The notes under the pieces are model-generated. The model saw only the letters and a program-made list of their open reading frames with translations. It was not told the origin of the DNA and made no database searches. 64,000 nucleotides of DNA from an uncultured Oscillospiraceae bacterium (GTDB lineage Bacteria; Bacillota; Clostridia; Oscillospirales; Oscillospiraceae), in the NCBI GenBank assembly GCA_934533005.1, contig CAKTBC010000002.1:3702-67701 (forward strand), read 5' to 3'. The position numbers and the translations under genes were made by a program. Shown here piece by piece: positions 17,608 to 28,118 of the stretch (positions within the stretch are counted from its first letter, which is position 1; each line of letters begins with the position of its first letter).

Positions 17608-18638
17608 TTCTTATACTTCTTCAGAGATACTTCAATGATCTTTTCACACAGCTCGCCATAGTCCATGCCCTCGGCTGCCGCCATCTGCGGAATGAGGCTC
17701 GTCGGCGTCATGCCGGGGAGCGTGTTGGCCTCAAGGCAGTAAAGCTCGCCGTCCGCCTTGTCCATCAGGAAATCGACGCGGCCATAGGCATCGAGATGAA
17801 GCGCCTCGTATACGCGCTCGGCCAGACGCTGCACGCGCTCGGTGTCCTCCGCGCTGATCGGCGCGGGGCAAATCTCTTCGGTGAGTCCCGCCTGATATTT
17901 GTTCTTATAATCATAAAAGCCGGTTTTGGGAATGATCTCAATGACCGCCATGGCACGGCCGTCCATCACGCCGACGGTCAGCTCGCGGGCGCGGATATAC
18001 TTTTCCACCAGCACCGCGTTGTCACACGAAAAGGCCTCATCAAGCGCAGCAGAGAGCTTTTCCGGCTCGGTGACGATGCTCGTGCCGACCGACGAACCGC
18101 CCGAGCAGGGCTTCACGACGCACGGAAAGCCGATGCTCTCCGGTACCGCGTCACCGCGGCGAAGCGTGACGCCCGGCGGCGTGGGGATGCCGCTGTCGCG
18201 GAAGAGGATTTTGCTCAGTTCCTTATCCATGGCGAGCGCGCTGCCGAGATAGCCGCTGCCGGTATACGGCACGCCGTAAAGATCCAGGCAGGCCTGCAGC
18301 TTCCCGTTCTCGCCCTCCGCGCCGTGCAGCGCAAGGAACGCAATGTCCGCCGCGCGGCAGATCTCGATCACGCCGGGGCCGATCAGCCCATCGCCGCCGC
18401 GCTGGGCGCGAATTTTATCAAGATCGGGCTCGGTCTCCCGGACGGAGTAAACAGAGTCACCGGCGTCAGACGTAAAAGCGCCGCGGGGATTCTCTACCGC
18501 CGAGGGATTTCCGAGAAAGAGATCCACCAGCGCAACCTTATGTCCACGCGCCCGAAGCGCACGCGCCGCGCCCGTACCCGAGCTGATGGAAACATCTCGC
18601 TCGGCGCTCAATCCGCCGCAGATAACAGCTATGTACAT
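17604..18638 (-). CDS. ddl: D-alanine--D-alanine ligase
   Basis: MYIAVICGGLSAERDVSISSG..., ALHGAEGENGKLQ, ATP-grasp motifs PCVVKPCSGGSSVG and LEANTLPGMT. Confidence 0.9.
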   Translation of the reverse strand: MYIAVICGGLSAERDVSISSGTGAARALRARGHKVALVDLFLGNPSAVENPRGAFTSDAGDSVYSVRETEPDLDKIRAQRGGDGLIGPGVIEICRAADIAFLALHGAEGENGKLQACLDLYGVPYTGSGYLGSALAMDKELSKILFRDSGIPTPPGVTLRRGDAVPESIGFPCVVKPCSGGSSVGTSIVTEPEKLSAALDEAFSCDNAVLVEKYIRARELTVGVMDGRAMAVIEIIPKTGFYDYKNKYQAGLTEEICPAPISAEDTERVQRLAERVYEALHLDAYGRVDFLMDKADGELYCLEANTLPGMTPTSLIPQMAAAEGMDYGELCEKIIEVSLKKYKK

Positions 18639-18843
18639 GAGTCATGCCTCCCATGTTTGCAATTCGTTTTATTATACATCACTCACGGGAGATTGGAAAC
18701 ACAATATTTGCTTTTTGCTCTGCAAAAAATGTGTTCTGCACGGTTTGTCTGCCGCCGGAGATGATTTTTCCGGAAAAAGGGGATTGTTATTTCTCTGCTG
18801 CGTTGGTATAATGATTTGGTTATAAGAAAGGTCGGTAATCCGA

Positions 18844-19815
18844 ATGTCCTATATTGTCCTTGACCTGGAATGGAACCAGGCTATGAGCTCCAACGCGTCC
18901 GTCTTCAACCGTCTCCCCATCCATCTGAGCGGCGAGATCATCCAGATCGGCGCGGTGAAGCTCGACGATGATTTCTGCCCCGCGGAGGAATTTCAGTCCG
19001 ACGTGCGGCCGATCTACTTCCGCAGCATGCACTACAAAGTCAAAAAGCTGACCGGCATTGATAAGGAACGTCTCAGCCACGGCGACACCTTCCCCACCGT
19101 GTTCGAACGCTTCCGCGAGTGGTGCGGCGAGGATCCGGTGTTTGTCACCTGGGGGTACGATGACCGGCGGATCATGGAACAGAACATCATCATTCACGAT
19201 CTCGACTGGGACTGGATCGCTGACTGGATCAATCTTCAGCTCATCTACAACATCCAGACCGGCGGCGATAAAAACCAAAAGTCCCTTGCCACCGCGATGG
19301 AGCACTTTTCCATTGAGCAGACCCGCGTAGCGCACGACGCGCTTGGCGACGCCTACAACACGGCGCTCGTATGCTCGAAGCTCAACTTCGCCGAAGGGCT
19401 TGAGCAGTACGACAACGCCACCTCCCTTCTCGCCACACGCCTGCCGGAGGATAAGCACCACAACGACGAGCCCGATGCGTTGGAGCACCGCGCCTTCACC
19501 GGGTACAACTCCCGTTCCGAGGCGTTTCTGGACGCAGAGGTCACAAGTGCCGTCTGCCCGGACTGCGGCGAGCCGCTGGAGCTCACGCGCTGGGTCAACC
19601 AGGGCGACCGGCGGTATATGACGATCGGCACGTGCGAGGAGCACCGAAAGTTTCTCGTCCGGCTCAAGTTCCGCAAAACGGAAAACGACAGCTGGTCTGT
19701 AAACCGTATCGTTTACCGCGCCGACGACGAGATGGAGAAATTCTACCGCGACAAGGCGACGCAGAGCCGCCGCCGTGGCCGCGGACACCGCCGCCGCAGG
19801 AGCGAGAACACCTGA
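18844..19815 (+). CDS. DEDDh 3'-5' exonuclease (DnaQ/KapD-like) with a C-terminal zinc-ribbon-like domain and Arg-rich tail
   Basis: Exo motifs VLDLEWN, WGYDD and HDALGDAYNTA. C-terminal CPDCG...CEEH, then RRRGRGHRRRRS. Confidence 0.75.
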   Translation: MSYIVLDLEWNQAMSSNASVFNRLPIHLSGEIIQIGAVKLDDDFCPAEEFQSDVRPIYFRSMHYKVKKLTGIDKERLSHGDTFPTVFERFREWCGEDPVFVTWGYDDRRIMEQNIIIHDLDWDWIADWINLQLIYNIQTGGDKNQKSLATAMEHFSIEQTRVAHDALGDAYNTALVCSKLNFAEGLEQYDNATSLLATRLPEDKHHNDEPDALEHRAFTGYNSRSEAFLDAEVTSAVCPDCGEPLELTRWVNQGDRRYMTIGTCEEHRKFLVRLKFRKTENDSWSVNRIVYRADDEMEKFYRDKATQSRRRGRGHRRRRSENT

Positions 19816-19827
19816 ACCGTATAACGA

Positions 19828-19875
19828 AGCCCGGGGCCGCACAGCCGTCAAAGCCGTGCCGCCCCGGGCTTTTTT
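19828..19875. terminator. Hairpin terminator between convergent genes
   Basis: Stem agcccggggc/gccccgggct followed by T5 on the plus strand. Confidence 0.75.
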
Positions 19876-19881
19876 CACCCG

Positions 19882-20655
19882 TTAATCCAGCTCCTGCTGG
19901 CGGAGCCAGGTGTCCATCACCAGACTGTGCGGGAGGATCTTCACGCCGAGCGCCTGCAAGCGCGCTTTGAAGCCGCATTTGCTCATGTCCCTGCCTTTCT
20001 TTGCGTCCTTCCATGCCTGGGAGACGATCTCCTCCGGCTTATACATGGCGACGTATTTTTTGACGACCGGCTTTTCGCCGCTCGACACGGCGCGGTCAAA
20101 GAACTCGGTCTTCGTCCAGAACGGGCAAACCGCCATCACGCGCACGCCCTGTTTTCTGAGCTCGCGGTTGAGCGCGCGGCTGTAGTGCAGAACGAGCGCT
20201 TTCGTCGCGCCGTAAACGTTGATATACGGGATCGGCTGAAACGCCGCGACGGAGGCGATGTTGATGATCTGGCTGCCGGACGGCATATATGGCACCGTGA
20301 GCTGGCAGAGCGCCATGACTGCCTTGCAGTTGAGATCGACCATGTTGAGATTCACTTCGAGCGGCGTGTCCATCACGGCACGGAATTTTCCGAAGCCGCT
20401 CGCATTGATGAGAAGGCCGACCTCCGGCTGCTCCTCGCGCAGGAGCGAGGCATACACCTCATACGACGCCTCGTCGGAGAGATCGAGCGAAATGGCGCGC
20501 ACCGGGAACGCCGTATGGTTTTTCAGCTCTTCCAGCCGGTCGGCACGCCGGGCGATCGCCCATATCTCGTCAAACGTTCCGAATTCCTGCACCGTTTCTG
20601 CGAAGCGGCGGCCCATGCCGCTCGATGCGCCGGTAATGACAGCAATTTTCTTCAT
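19882..20655 (-). CDS. Short-chain dehydrogenase/reductase (SDR) family oxidoreductase
   Basis: TGASSGMG cofactor motif, NASG, catalytic YGATKALV. Confidence 0.85.
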   Translation of the reverse strand: MKKIAVITGASSGMGRRFAETVQEFGTFDEIWAIARRADRLEELKNHTAFPVRAISLDLSDEASYEVYASLLREEQPEVGLLINASGFGKFRAVMDTPLEVNLNMVDLNCKAVMALCQLTVPYMPSGSQIINIASVAAFQPIPYINVYGATKALVLHYSRALNRELRKQGVRVMAVCPFWTKTEFFDRAVSSGEKPVVKKYVAMYKPEEIVSQAWKDAKKGRDMSKCGFKARLQALGVKILPHSLVMDTWLRQQELD

Positions 20656-20725
20656 AGTATATTCGTCTCCTCTTTTACAGGAATACCGGCTGGTGTACGC
20701 CAGCCGGTATCAACTTTTTATGATT

Positions 20726-21421
20726 TTAAAACTCAAACGGCGGCTGCACTCTTGCCGTGCGGAGATTTTCGTAGAACACGGTCTCGGTGATGGAAACATA
20801 GGGCTTTACGAAAACGGAAACGCCCGGGATCGTCGCAAGGATCTGCCAGCCAATAAAGCTCAGCTGCAGAACGAAAAGCTCCCATTTGTGGCCGCGCATC
20901 ATGAGCCGGCTCTCCCGCATGCAGCGGATCGGCGACCAGTCGGGATGGTCGACCTGCAAATACGTTGCCATGCCGTAGGCATACGAGAGGATAAGACCGG
21001 GAATGAGCAGCGCCACCGACGCGACCATAACGAGCGCATCGATCAGAAGCGTCAGCGCGATACCGCGTCCGGCGATGCTAAATCCGTCCAGCAGGTTGCC
21101 GTAGCCGGAGACCTCGCCGCGCACAACATGGAGCGTGTAAGCGGTATATCCGTAGGAAAGAACGATGATGGCCAGCTGGAAAAGAACCAGGATCGCTGTC
21201 GGGACGAACTCCGCGTTGGAAAAGTCGATGCGGATCATGTTCTCGTAATCGAGCGCTTCCACCGCGTTCAGATCGATCAGGATCGGCTGCCCGCCGATCT
21301 TCTGCGCCAGATAGTTGAGAAGCCAGACGACCGCCAGCAGCGCCAGCGTCACAAGGCAGGGGTGCGGGCGGGTCGAATTGATCAGGCCGCGGGCGCGCAG
21401 CTTCATTTCTCCTCGCGTCAT
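20726..21421 (-). CDS. DUF975-family integral membrane protein
   Basis: N-terminal RGEMKLRARGLI..., multiple TM helices and a C-terminal FYENL motif. ATGA overlap with the murC stop. Confidence 0.6.
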   Translation of the reverse strand: MTRGEMKLRARGLINSTRPHPCLVTLALLAVVWLLNYLAQKIGGQPILIDLNAVEALDYENMIRIDFSNAEFVPTAILVLFQLAIIVLSYGYTAYTLHVVRGEVSGYGNLLDGFSIAGRGIALTLLIDALVMVASVALLIPGLILSYAYGMATYLQVDHPDWSPIRCMRESRLMMRGHKWELFVLQLSFIGWQILATIPGVSVFVKPYVSITETVFYENLRTARVQPPFEF

Positions 21422-22809
21422 GCTCTATCCTTTCCCTCAGCAACGAGACGCTCGCCGATCTTATATACATCGCCCGCGCCGACCGTAAGGATGATGTCGC
21501 CGGGGCTGGCCGTTGCGCGCAGCGTTTTTTCAAGCTCGGCGTTGTCCGCGAAGAAGATACCGTTCGGCAGCTCGCGCGCGATATCCGCGGACGAGATGCC
21601 GATGGTGTTCTTTTCCCGCGCAGCATAGATCTCCGCGAGATAACATACGTCGGGTCGGCGGAGCTGCTCGACAAAATCGCTGAAGAGCGCCTGCGTACGG
21701 GAGTATGTATGCGGCTGGAACACGACGATCGTGCGCTTGTACCCCAGCGACTCGATGGCGTCCAGCAGCGCTTTCAGCTCGCCCGGATGGTGAGCGTAAT
21801 CGTCGTAAACGTCTGCGCCGTTATACTTGCCCTTGAACTCAAACCGGCGGTTTGCGCCGGAGAATCCGGCGAGTCCGTAGCGGATGGCCGCGGGGCTGCA
21901 GCCGAGACAGATGGCCGCCGCAGAAGCGGCAAGCGCGTTTTTCACATTATGGATGCCGGGAACGCGAAGGCTCACGTGTGTGAATACCTCTTCGCAGTAA
22001 ATGACGTCAAATTCCGTCTCCGCGCCGTGCTGCACGATGTGGGCGGCATAGACGTCCGCGCCCTTGTTCAGACCAAACGTGAAGATATCGCGGCCAAGCG
22101 GCGCGAGCGCATCCATGGAGTTTTTGTCCTCGGCGTTTGCGATGATGTACCCGTTTTCCGGGACAAGCGAGGCAAACTTCCGGAACGACGCCTTCACATC
22201 CTCGAGATCCTTGAAGAAGTCGAGATGGTCGGCCTCGATATTCAGTATGACCGCCACGGTGGGCGAAAATGCGTGGAAGGAATTATAGTATTCGCACGCC
22301 TCCATCACGATCGTGTCGCCAGCGCCGACGCGGTGGCCGGCATGGAGAAGCGGAAGCGTACCGCCGATCATAACGGTCGGGTCGCGCTCGGCGGCCATGA
22401 GGATGTGCGTGCACATGGAGGTCGTCGTCGTTTTGCCGTGCGTACCGGCGATGCAGAGCGAATTGCGGTAATCCTTCATGATTGCGCCCCACGCCTGCGT
22501 ACGTTCAAACACCGGAAGGCCGCGGCGGTGCGCCTCAACGATCTCCGGGTTTTCATCATGCACGGCAGCGGTGCGGACAACAAATTCGGCGTCTGCCGGA
22601 ATGTTCTCCGCGCGGTGCCCAATAAACACAGGGATGCCAAGCGAGCGCAGATGCGCCACGTTCGCCCCCTCGTTCATATCTGAACCGGTGATCACAAGTC
22701 CCGCTTCCGCGAGGACTTCCGCCAAAGGCGACATGGATACGCCGCCGACGCCGATCAGATGGCCGCGGCGTCCCGCCCAGTAATATTCCGAAAACGATGG
22801 CATGGACAT
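21418..22809 (-). CDS. murC: UDP-N-acetylmuramate--L-alanine ligase
   Basis: HLIGVGGVSMSPLAEVL, GTHGKTTTTSM, typical Mur ligase middle and C-terminal domains. Confidence 0.92.
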   Translation of the reverse strand: MSMPSFSEYYWAGRRGHLIGVGGVSMSPLAEVLAEAGLVITGSDMNEGANVAHLRSLGIPVFIGHRAENIPADAEFVVRTAAVHDENPEIVEAHRRGLPVFERTQAWGAIMKDYRNSLCIAGTHGKTTTTSMCTHILMAAERDPTVMIGGTLPLLHAGHRVGAGDTIVMEACEYYNSFHAFSPTVAVILNIEADHLDFFKDLEDVKASFRKFASLVPENGYIIANAEDKNSMDALAPLGRDIFTFGLNKGADVYAAHIVQHGAETEFDVIYCEEVFTHVSLRVPGIHNVKNALAASAAAICLGCSPAAIRYGLAGFSGANRRFEFKGKYNGADVYDDYAHHPGELKALLDAIESLGYKRTIVVFQPHTYSRTQALFSDFVEQLRRPDVCYLAEIYAAREKNTIGISSADIARELPNGIFFADNAELEKTLRATASPGDIILTVGAGDVYKIGERLVAEGKDRA

Positions 22810-22874
22810 ACTCTCCTAACCAAGTTCAAATTGCCTGAAAAGGAATTATACTATATCTTCCGAAAAAAAACAAG

Positions 22875-24374
<1,500 letters not shown>

Positions 24375-24460
24375 GGGATAACCTCCTTGATTTTCGCTGG
24401 GAATTGTATATAATATACTCTATAATATAGGCATTATAGCACAAGAAAGGATCTTTGGCT

Positions 24461-25396
24461 ATGGCACGTATGTCGGAATTTACATTTTTATCTTCGGACG
24501 GACAGACGGCTCTCTCCGCGCGCGAATATCTCCCGGTGGGAGAGCCCGTCGGCATCGTTCAGATCGTACACGGCATTGCCGAGCACATTGCCCGGTATGA
24601 CGCCTTTGCCGCGTTTCTCACCGAGCATGGCTTCATCGTGGTGATGCACGACCAGCTTGGCCACGGAAAAAGCGCGCCGGACGAGGCACATCTCGGCTTT
24701 TTCAGCGAGGAGAACGGTTGGGAGAAGGCAGTGCAGGATATCCGCTCGCTGCACGACAAGACGGCGGCGAAGTATCCCGGCAAACCGTATTTCATTTTCG
24801 GCCACAGCATGGGTTCGTTCCTGACACGCACTTACCTCATACGCTTCCGCACGGGACTGGACGGCGCCGTCATCAGCGGCACCGGTCACCAGAGTCCCGC
24901 CCTCGTTTCCGCAGGCAAGGCGATGAGTGCGCTCGACATCCGCCGGAACGGCGCGATGCACAAGAGCGATTTCCTCAACAAAATGGCCTTTGGCAGCTAC
25001 AACGATAAGTTTGAAAATCCCCGCACCGCCAGTGACTGGCTCAGCCGCGACGAGGCCGCCGTTGATCTTTACAACGAGGACCCCCTCTGCGGCTTTATCC
25101 CGACGGCGGGACTGCTGCACGACATGATGAGCGGCATCGCGTTCATCACCAAGCAGAAGAACATCGCCCGGATGAAAAAGGATCTGCCGATCCTCTTCGT
25201 CTCCGGCGACTGCGACCCCGTCGGCGAGCAGGGCCGCGGCGTGATCCGCGCCTACAAGTGCTTCCTCAAGGCGGGCATGAAGGACGTCACCATGAAGCTC
25301 TACCACGGCGGACGGCACGAAATGCTCAACGAAACGAACCGCGCCGAAGTTTACGAGGACGTTCTGAGCTGGCTCAACAGCAAAGCAGGAAAATAA
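24461..25396 (+). CDS. Alpha/beta hydrolase (lysophospholipase / monoacylglycerol lipase-like)
   Basis: HGIAEH, nucleophile elbow GHSMGS, C-terminal GGRHEMLNE. ATG taken after GAAAGGA. Confidence 0.8.
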   Translation: MARMSEFTFLSSDGQTALSAREYLPVGEPVGIVQIVHGIAEHIARYDAFAAFLTEHGFIVVMHDQLGHGKSAPDEAHLGFFSEENGWEKAVQDIRSLHDKTAAKYPGKPYFIFGHSMGSFLTRTYLIRFRTGLDGAVISGTGHQSPALVSAGKAMSALDIRRNGAMHKSDFLNKMAFGSYNDKFENPRTASDWLSRDEAAVDLYNEDPLCGFIPTAGLLHDMMSGIAFITKQKNIARMKKDLPILFVSGDCDPVGEQGRGVIRAYKCFLKAGMKDVTMKLYHGGRHEMLNETNRAEVYEDVLSWLNSKAGK

Positions 25397-25470
25397 TGCC
25401 GGATTGTCCCGACACATAGGGACAATCCGCGCCGGAATACAATGAACCATCCGTTATGGGAGGTTTTTGT

Positions 25471-26160
25471 ATGCTGGCAAGTGCGTTTCTACTTCTGCTC
25501 AACGGCGCGTTTCTCTCGCTGCGTCTCGGCGCCGGTTCCGGCTCGTTTCCGCGGCCGCTGCCCGCCAGGGAGGAGCGGCGCTGTGTGGAGCGCTGGATGC
25601 AGGGGGATCTGGAAGCCCGGAACACGCTCATCGAACACAACCTGCGTCTTGTGGCACACATAATCAAAAAATACTATACGAGCGAAAGCGACCAGGACGA
25701 TCTCATCTCCATCGGAACGGTGGGTCTCATCAAGGGCGTATCCACATACCGCCCGGACAGGGGCGTGCGCCTTGCGACTTACGCTTCCCGATGCATTGAA
25801 AACGAGGTGCTCATGCATTTTCGCGGCAGCCGAAAAAGCGCGGGCGATCTTTCGCTTTCGGATTCCATCGACACCGACTCCGACGGCAATTCCCTTTCGC
25901 TGATGGACGTTCTGGCCGACGAGGAGGACATGTCCGAGCGCATCGTGCAGACCGATCTCTGCCGCTGCCTCTCGGACATGATCGACGATGTGCTCGACGA
26001 ACGCGAGGCCGAGATCGTTCGCCTTCGCTACGGGCTCTGCGGCGGCGCCGCGCTCACACAGCGCGAGACCGCCAAGCGCTGCGGTATTTCGCGCTCCTAC
26101 GTATCGCGCCTGGAGAAGAAGGCGCTCGAAAAGCTCAAAAGAAACATGGAAGAGGAATAA
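25471..26160 (+). CDS. sigK: Sporulation sigma factor SigK (pro-sigma-K), uninterrupted
   Basis: Hydrophobic pro-sequence MLASAFLLLLNGAFLSL..., then FPRPLPAREE...NTLIEHNLRLVAHIIKKY and ISRSYVSRLEKKALEKL, which parallels B. subtilis SigK. ATG follows GGGAGG. Confidence 0.85.
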   Translation: MLASAFLLLLNGAFLSLRLGAGSGSFPRPLPAREERRCVERWMQGDLEARNTLIEHNLRLVAHIIKKYYTSESDQDDLISIGTVGLIKGVSTYRPDRGVRLATYASRCIENEVLMHFRGSRKSAGDLSLSDSIDTDSDGNSLSLMDVLADEEDMSERIVQTDLCRCLSDMIDDVLDEREAEIVRLRYGLCGGAALTQRETAKRCGISRSYVSRLEKKALEKLKRNMEEE

Positions 26161-26161
26161 T

Positions 26162-27040
26162 ATGAACACGCGAAAGATAATCGGGATCATTGTCATGGTC
26201 CTTTTACTGCTTCTGTGCGCGGTGCTGATGGTTCTGCGTTTCAGCGCAGCCAAGGCGTCCGACGCCGCAGCGCTCCGGGAGTCCATGGCAACGCCCGTAC
26301 CGACCGCAACGCCGGATGTTACCCCGGAGCCGAGCGCTACGCCGGAACCCACGGCGACGCCGGAGCCGACCGCTACGCCCGAGCCGACGCCGGACCCGGA
26401 CTCCCCTGCCGGCCGCGCCGCGGCGCTCGGTCTGCCCGAGCCGCCGGACATTGATATCAACAGCTGGGAGTATATCCTCGCAAACGCCGATAACTCCATC
26501 GCCGAGTACGCCCCGCCGGAGCTTGTGACGCTCGAAGGGCAGCTCGTGGACAGCCGCATTGCCGATGCGCTCGCCGCGATGGCAGCGGACACCCGCGCGC
26601 AGGGTCTCTCCGTCTATCTCTCCTCCGGCTACCGGAGCTATGCAGATCAGGCCGCGAACTTCCTCCGCGTCTGCCGGAACAACGGCGTATCCGACGGCAA
26701 GGACAGTCAGGGCTACTATATCACCATGCCAGCCGGTCACAGCGAGCACCAGACCGGCCTTTGCTGCGATATCACGGATATCTATTATCCGACGAAAAAC
26801 CGCTCCATCGAGAACACCGCCATGTTCCAGTACATGAACGCGCATTGTCAGGAGTTTGGCTTCATCCTGCGCTTCCCCGACGGCATGGAGCCGATCACGG
26901 GCGTAATGTATGAGCCGTTCCACTTCCGCTATGTCGGCGTGGAGGCCGCGAAGTATATTACAGAGAACAATATCTGCTTTGAAACCTTCGTTTCGCTCTA
27001 CCGTGACATCGGCACCGCGGAAAATCCGCAGGAATCGTAA
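26162..27040 (+). CDS. VanY/M15B-family D-alanyl-D-alanine carboxypeptidase with signal anchor and Pro/Thr linker
   Basis: SGYRSYADQ, SEHQTGLCCD, EPFHFRYVG metal-binding and catalytic motifs. Starts 1 nt after the sigK stop. Confidence 0.85.
   Translation: MNTRKIIGIIVMVLLLLLCAVLMVLRFSAAKASDAAALRESMATPVPTATPDVTPEPSATPEPTATPEPTATPEPTPDPDSPAGRAAALGLPEPPDIDINSWEYILANADNSIAEYAPPELVTLEGQLVDSRIADALAAMAADTRAQGLSVYLSSGYRSYADQAANFLRVCRNNGVSDGKDSQGYYITMPAGHSEHQTGLCCDITDIYYPTKNRSIENTAMFQYMNAHCQEFGFILRFPDGMEPITGVMYEPFHFRYVGVEAAKYITENNICFETFVSLYRDIGTAENPQES
26321..26392 (+). repeat. Four tandem 18-nt units encoding (TPEP[ST]A)n inside the VanY-like gene
   Basis: accccggagccgagcgct / acgccggaacccacggcg / acgccggagccgaccgct / acgcccgagccgacgccg. 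Confidence 0.7.
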
Positions 27041-27048
27041 AAAAAGAC

Positions 27049-27077
27049 TTGCAATTGCTCACACCTTGTGGTAGTAT
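27049..27077 (+). promoter_or_regulatory. Promoter of the tRNA gene
   Basis: TTGCAA - 17 nt - (TGg)TAGTAT, about 18 nt upstream of the tRNA 5' end. Confidence 0.45.
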
Positions 27078-27095
27078 AACAAAGCTGTTAGAAAT

Positions 27096-27172
27096 CCGGG
27101 TGTGGCGAAGTTTGGTATCGCGCCTGAATGGGGTTCAGGAGGCCGCTGGTTCAAGTCCAGTCACTCGGACCA
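27096..27172 (+). tRNA. tRNA-Pro (anticodon GGG), CCA encoded
   Basis: Manual cloverleaf: acceptor CCGGGTG/CACTCGG, D-arm GCGA-AGTTTGGTA-TCGC, anticodon arm CCTGA-ATGGGGT-TCAGG (U33, GGG, G37), T-arm GCTGG-TTCAAGT-CCAGT, then ACCA. Confidence 0.8.
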
Positions 27173-27175
27173 CTT

Positions 27176-27218
27176 CGAGTGTTCTTAAGGGATTTTTCCT
27201 TGAGGACACTCGGTTTTT
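27176..27218 (+). terminator. Rho-independent terminator after the tRNA
   Basis: Stem cgagtgt/acactcg followed by gTTTTT. Confidence 0.6.
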
Positions 27219-27250
27219 ATTTGCAGAAAGCGCGGGCATCCTGCCCGTGC

Positions 27251-27850
27251 TTACCTGTTTTTTTTCCTGCCGAGATACCGGAACACGTGTTTTTTGTATT
27301 CCGTGTAGGGCTCGCCGAAGGCGGCGGTGAGATACCGCTCCTCCTGTAATATTTGCAGGCGCAGCATGATGACCGAGAAGAGCGTAAACACCGCCGTCAG
27401 CGGATTGAAGTACAGAAGAAGAACGCCGATGTACATAAGATCAAACCCGAGGAACGCCGGATTACGGCTGAAGCGGTAAACGCCGGTCGTGACGAGCTCC
27501 GTTTTGTCCGTATCCGGGATCCCCGCCCGCCAGCTGTCCTTCATGCAGACAACGGAGAGCAGGAAAATGAGATCGCCAAGCAGTCCCGTGCAGAAGCCGG
27601 TGAAGCGCGCTCCGGCAGGAAGCATGCTCCATCCAAACGCGACCGACAAAAGCTGTGCGATCACAACGCCAAGCGTTACCGCGCTCATCCAAAGCTCCAC
27701 CATATGGATCGTCTTTTCCTTCCGCCGCCCGATCTGCCGGGTCTGGATGCCGCGGCGGAGCACCTTTGTGAAATAAGTCCCGTAAAAGAGTGCCAGCACC
27801 ACAAGGCACAGCACGGCATACGGCATGTGTTCTTCCCATGAATTGTTCAT
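27251..27850 (-). CDS. Isoprenylcysteine carboxyl methyltransferase (ICMT)/phospholipid methyltransferase family membrane protein
   Basis: TTGVYRFSRNPAFLGFDLMYIG...EERYLTAAFGEPYTEYKK signature. ATG follows GAGGAAAG. Confidence 0.75.
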   Translation of the reverse strand: MNNSWEEHMPYAVLCLVVLALFYGTYFTKVLRRGIQTRQIGRRKEKTIHMVELWMSAVTLGVVIAQLLSVAFGWSMLPAGARFTGFCTGLLGDLIFLLSVVCMKDSWRAGIPDTDKTELVTTGVYRFSRNPAFLGFDLMYIGVLLLYFNPLTAVFTLFSVIMLRLQILQEERYLTAAFGEPYTEYKKHVFRYLGRKKNR

Positions 27851-27906
27851 TTCTTTCCTCTTTTCGAATAATATGCAATCATTTGCTGCCAAACGGTCGT
27901 TTGTAT

Positions 27907-27935
27907 AATATAGTCATATCCACGAAAGTTGTCAA
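27907..27935 (-). promoter_or_regulatory. Sigma-A-type promoter of the ICMT-family gene
   Basis: TTGACA - 17 nt - TATATT on the minus strand. Confidence 0.5.
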
Positions 27936-28058
27936 TCACGCCCCGGAATGTAACACCCGTGAAACATGATGCACTGTGTTACGCAAACATACAACATCCT
28001 GTTTTTTTCACAAAAGTAGAAAAAACCGAATCGCGAAGCACGTAAAAACGTTCGTTTG

Positions 28059-28094
28059 TTGACATACGTTACATATTACGGTAAACTATGTAAC
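28059..28094 (+). promoter_or_regulatory. Promoter of the RpiR-family gene with an overlapping inverted-repeat operator
   Basis: TTGACA - 17 nt - TAAACT. The inverted repeat GTTACAT-N13-ATGTAAC brackets the -10 box. Confidence 0.5.
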
Positions 28095-28118
28095 AAAGTG
28101 TGAAACAGGAGGCGTCGT

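Noticed and set aside
26290-26400. Short tandem DNA repeats that could be mistaken for a CRISPR or VNTR array. A similar tract occurs at 3090-3250.
   Set aside because: The units are 18 nt with no spacers. They lie inside ORFs and encode Pro/Thr-rich linkers (TPEPTA). No cas genes are present.
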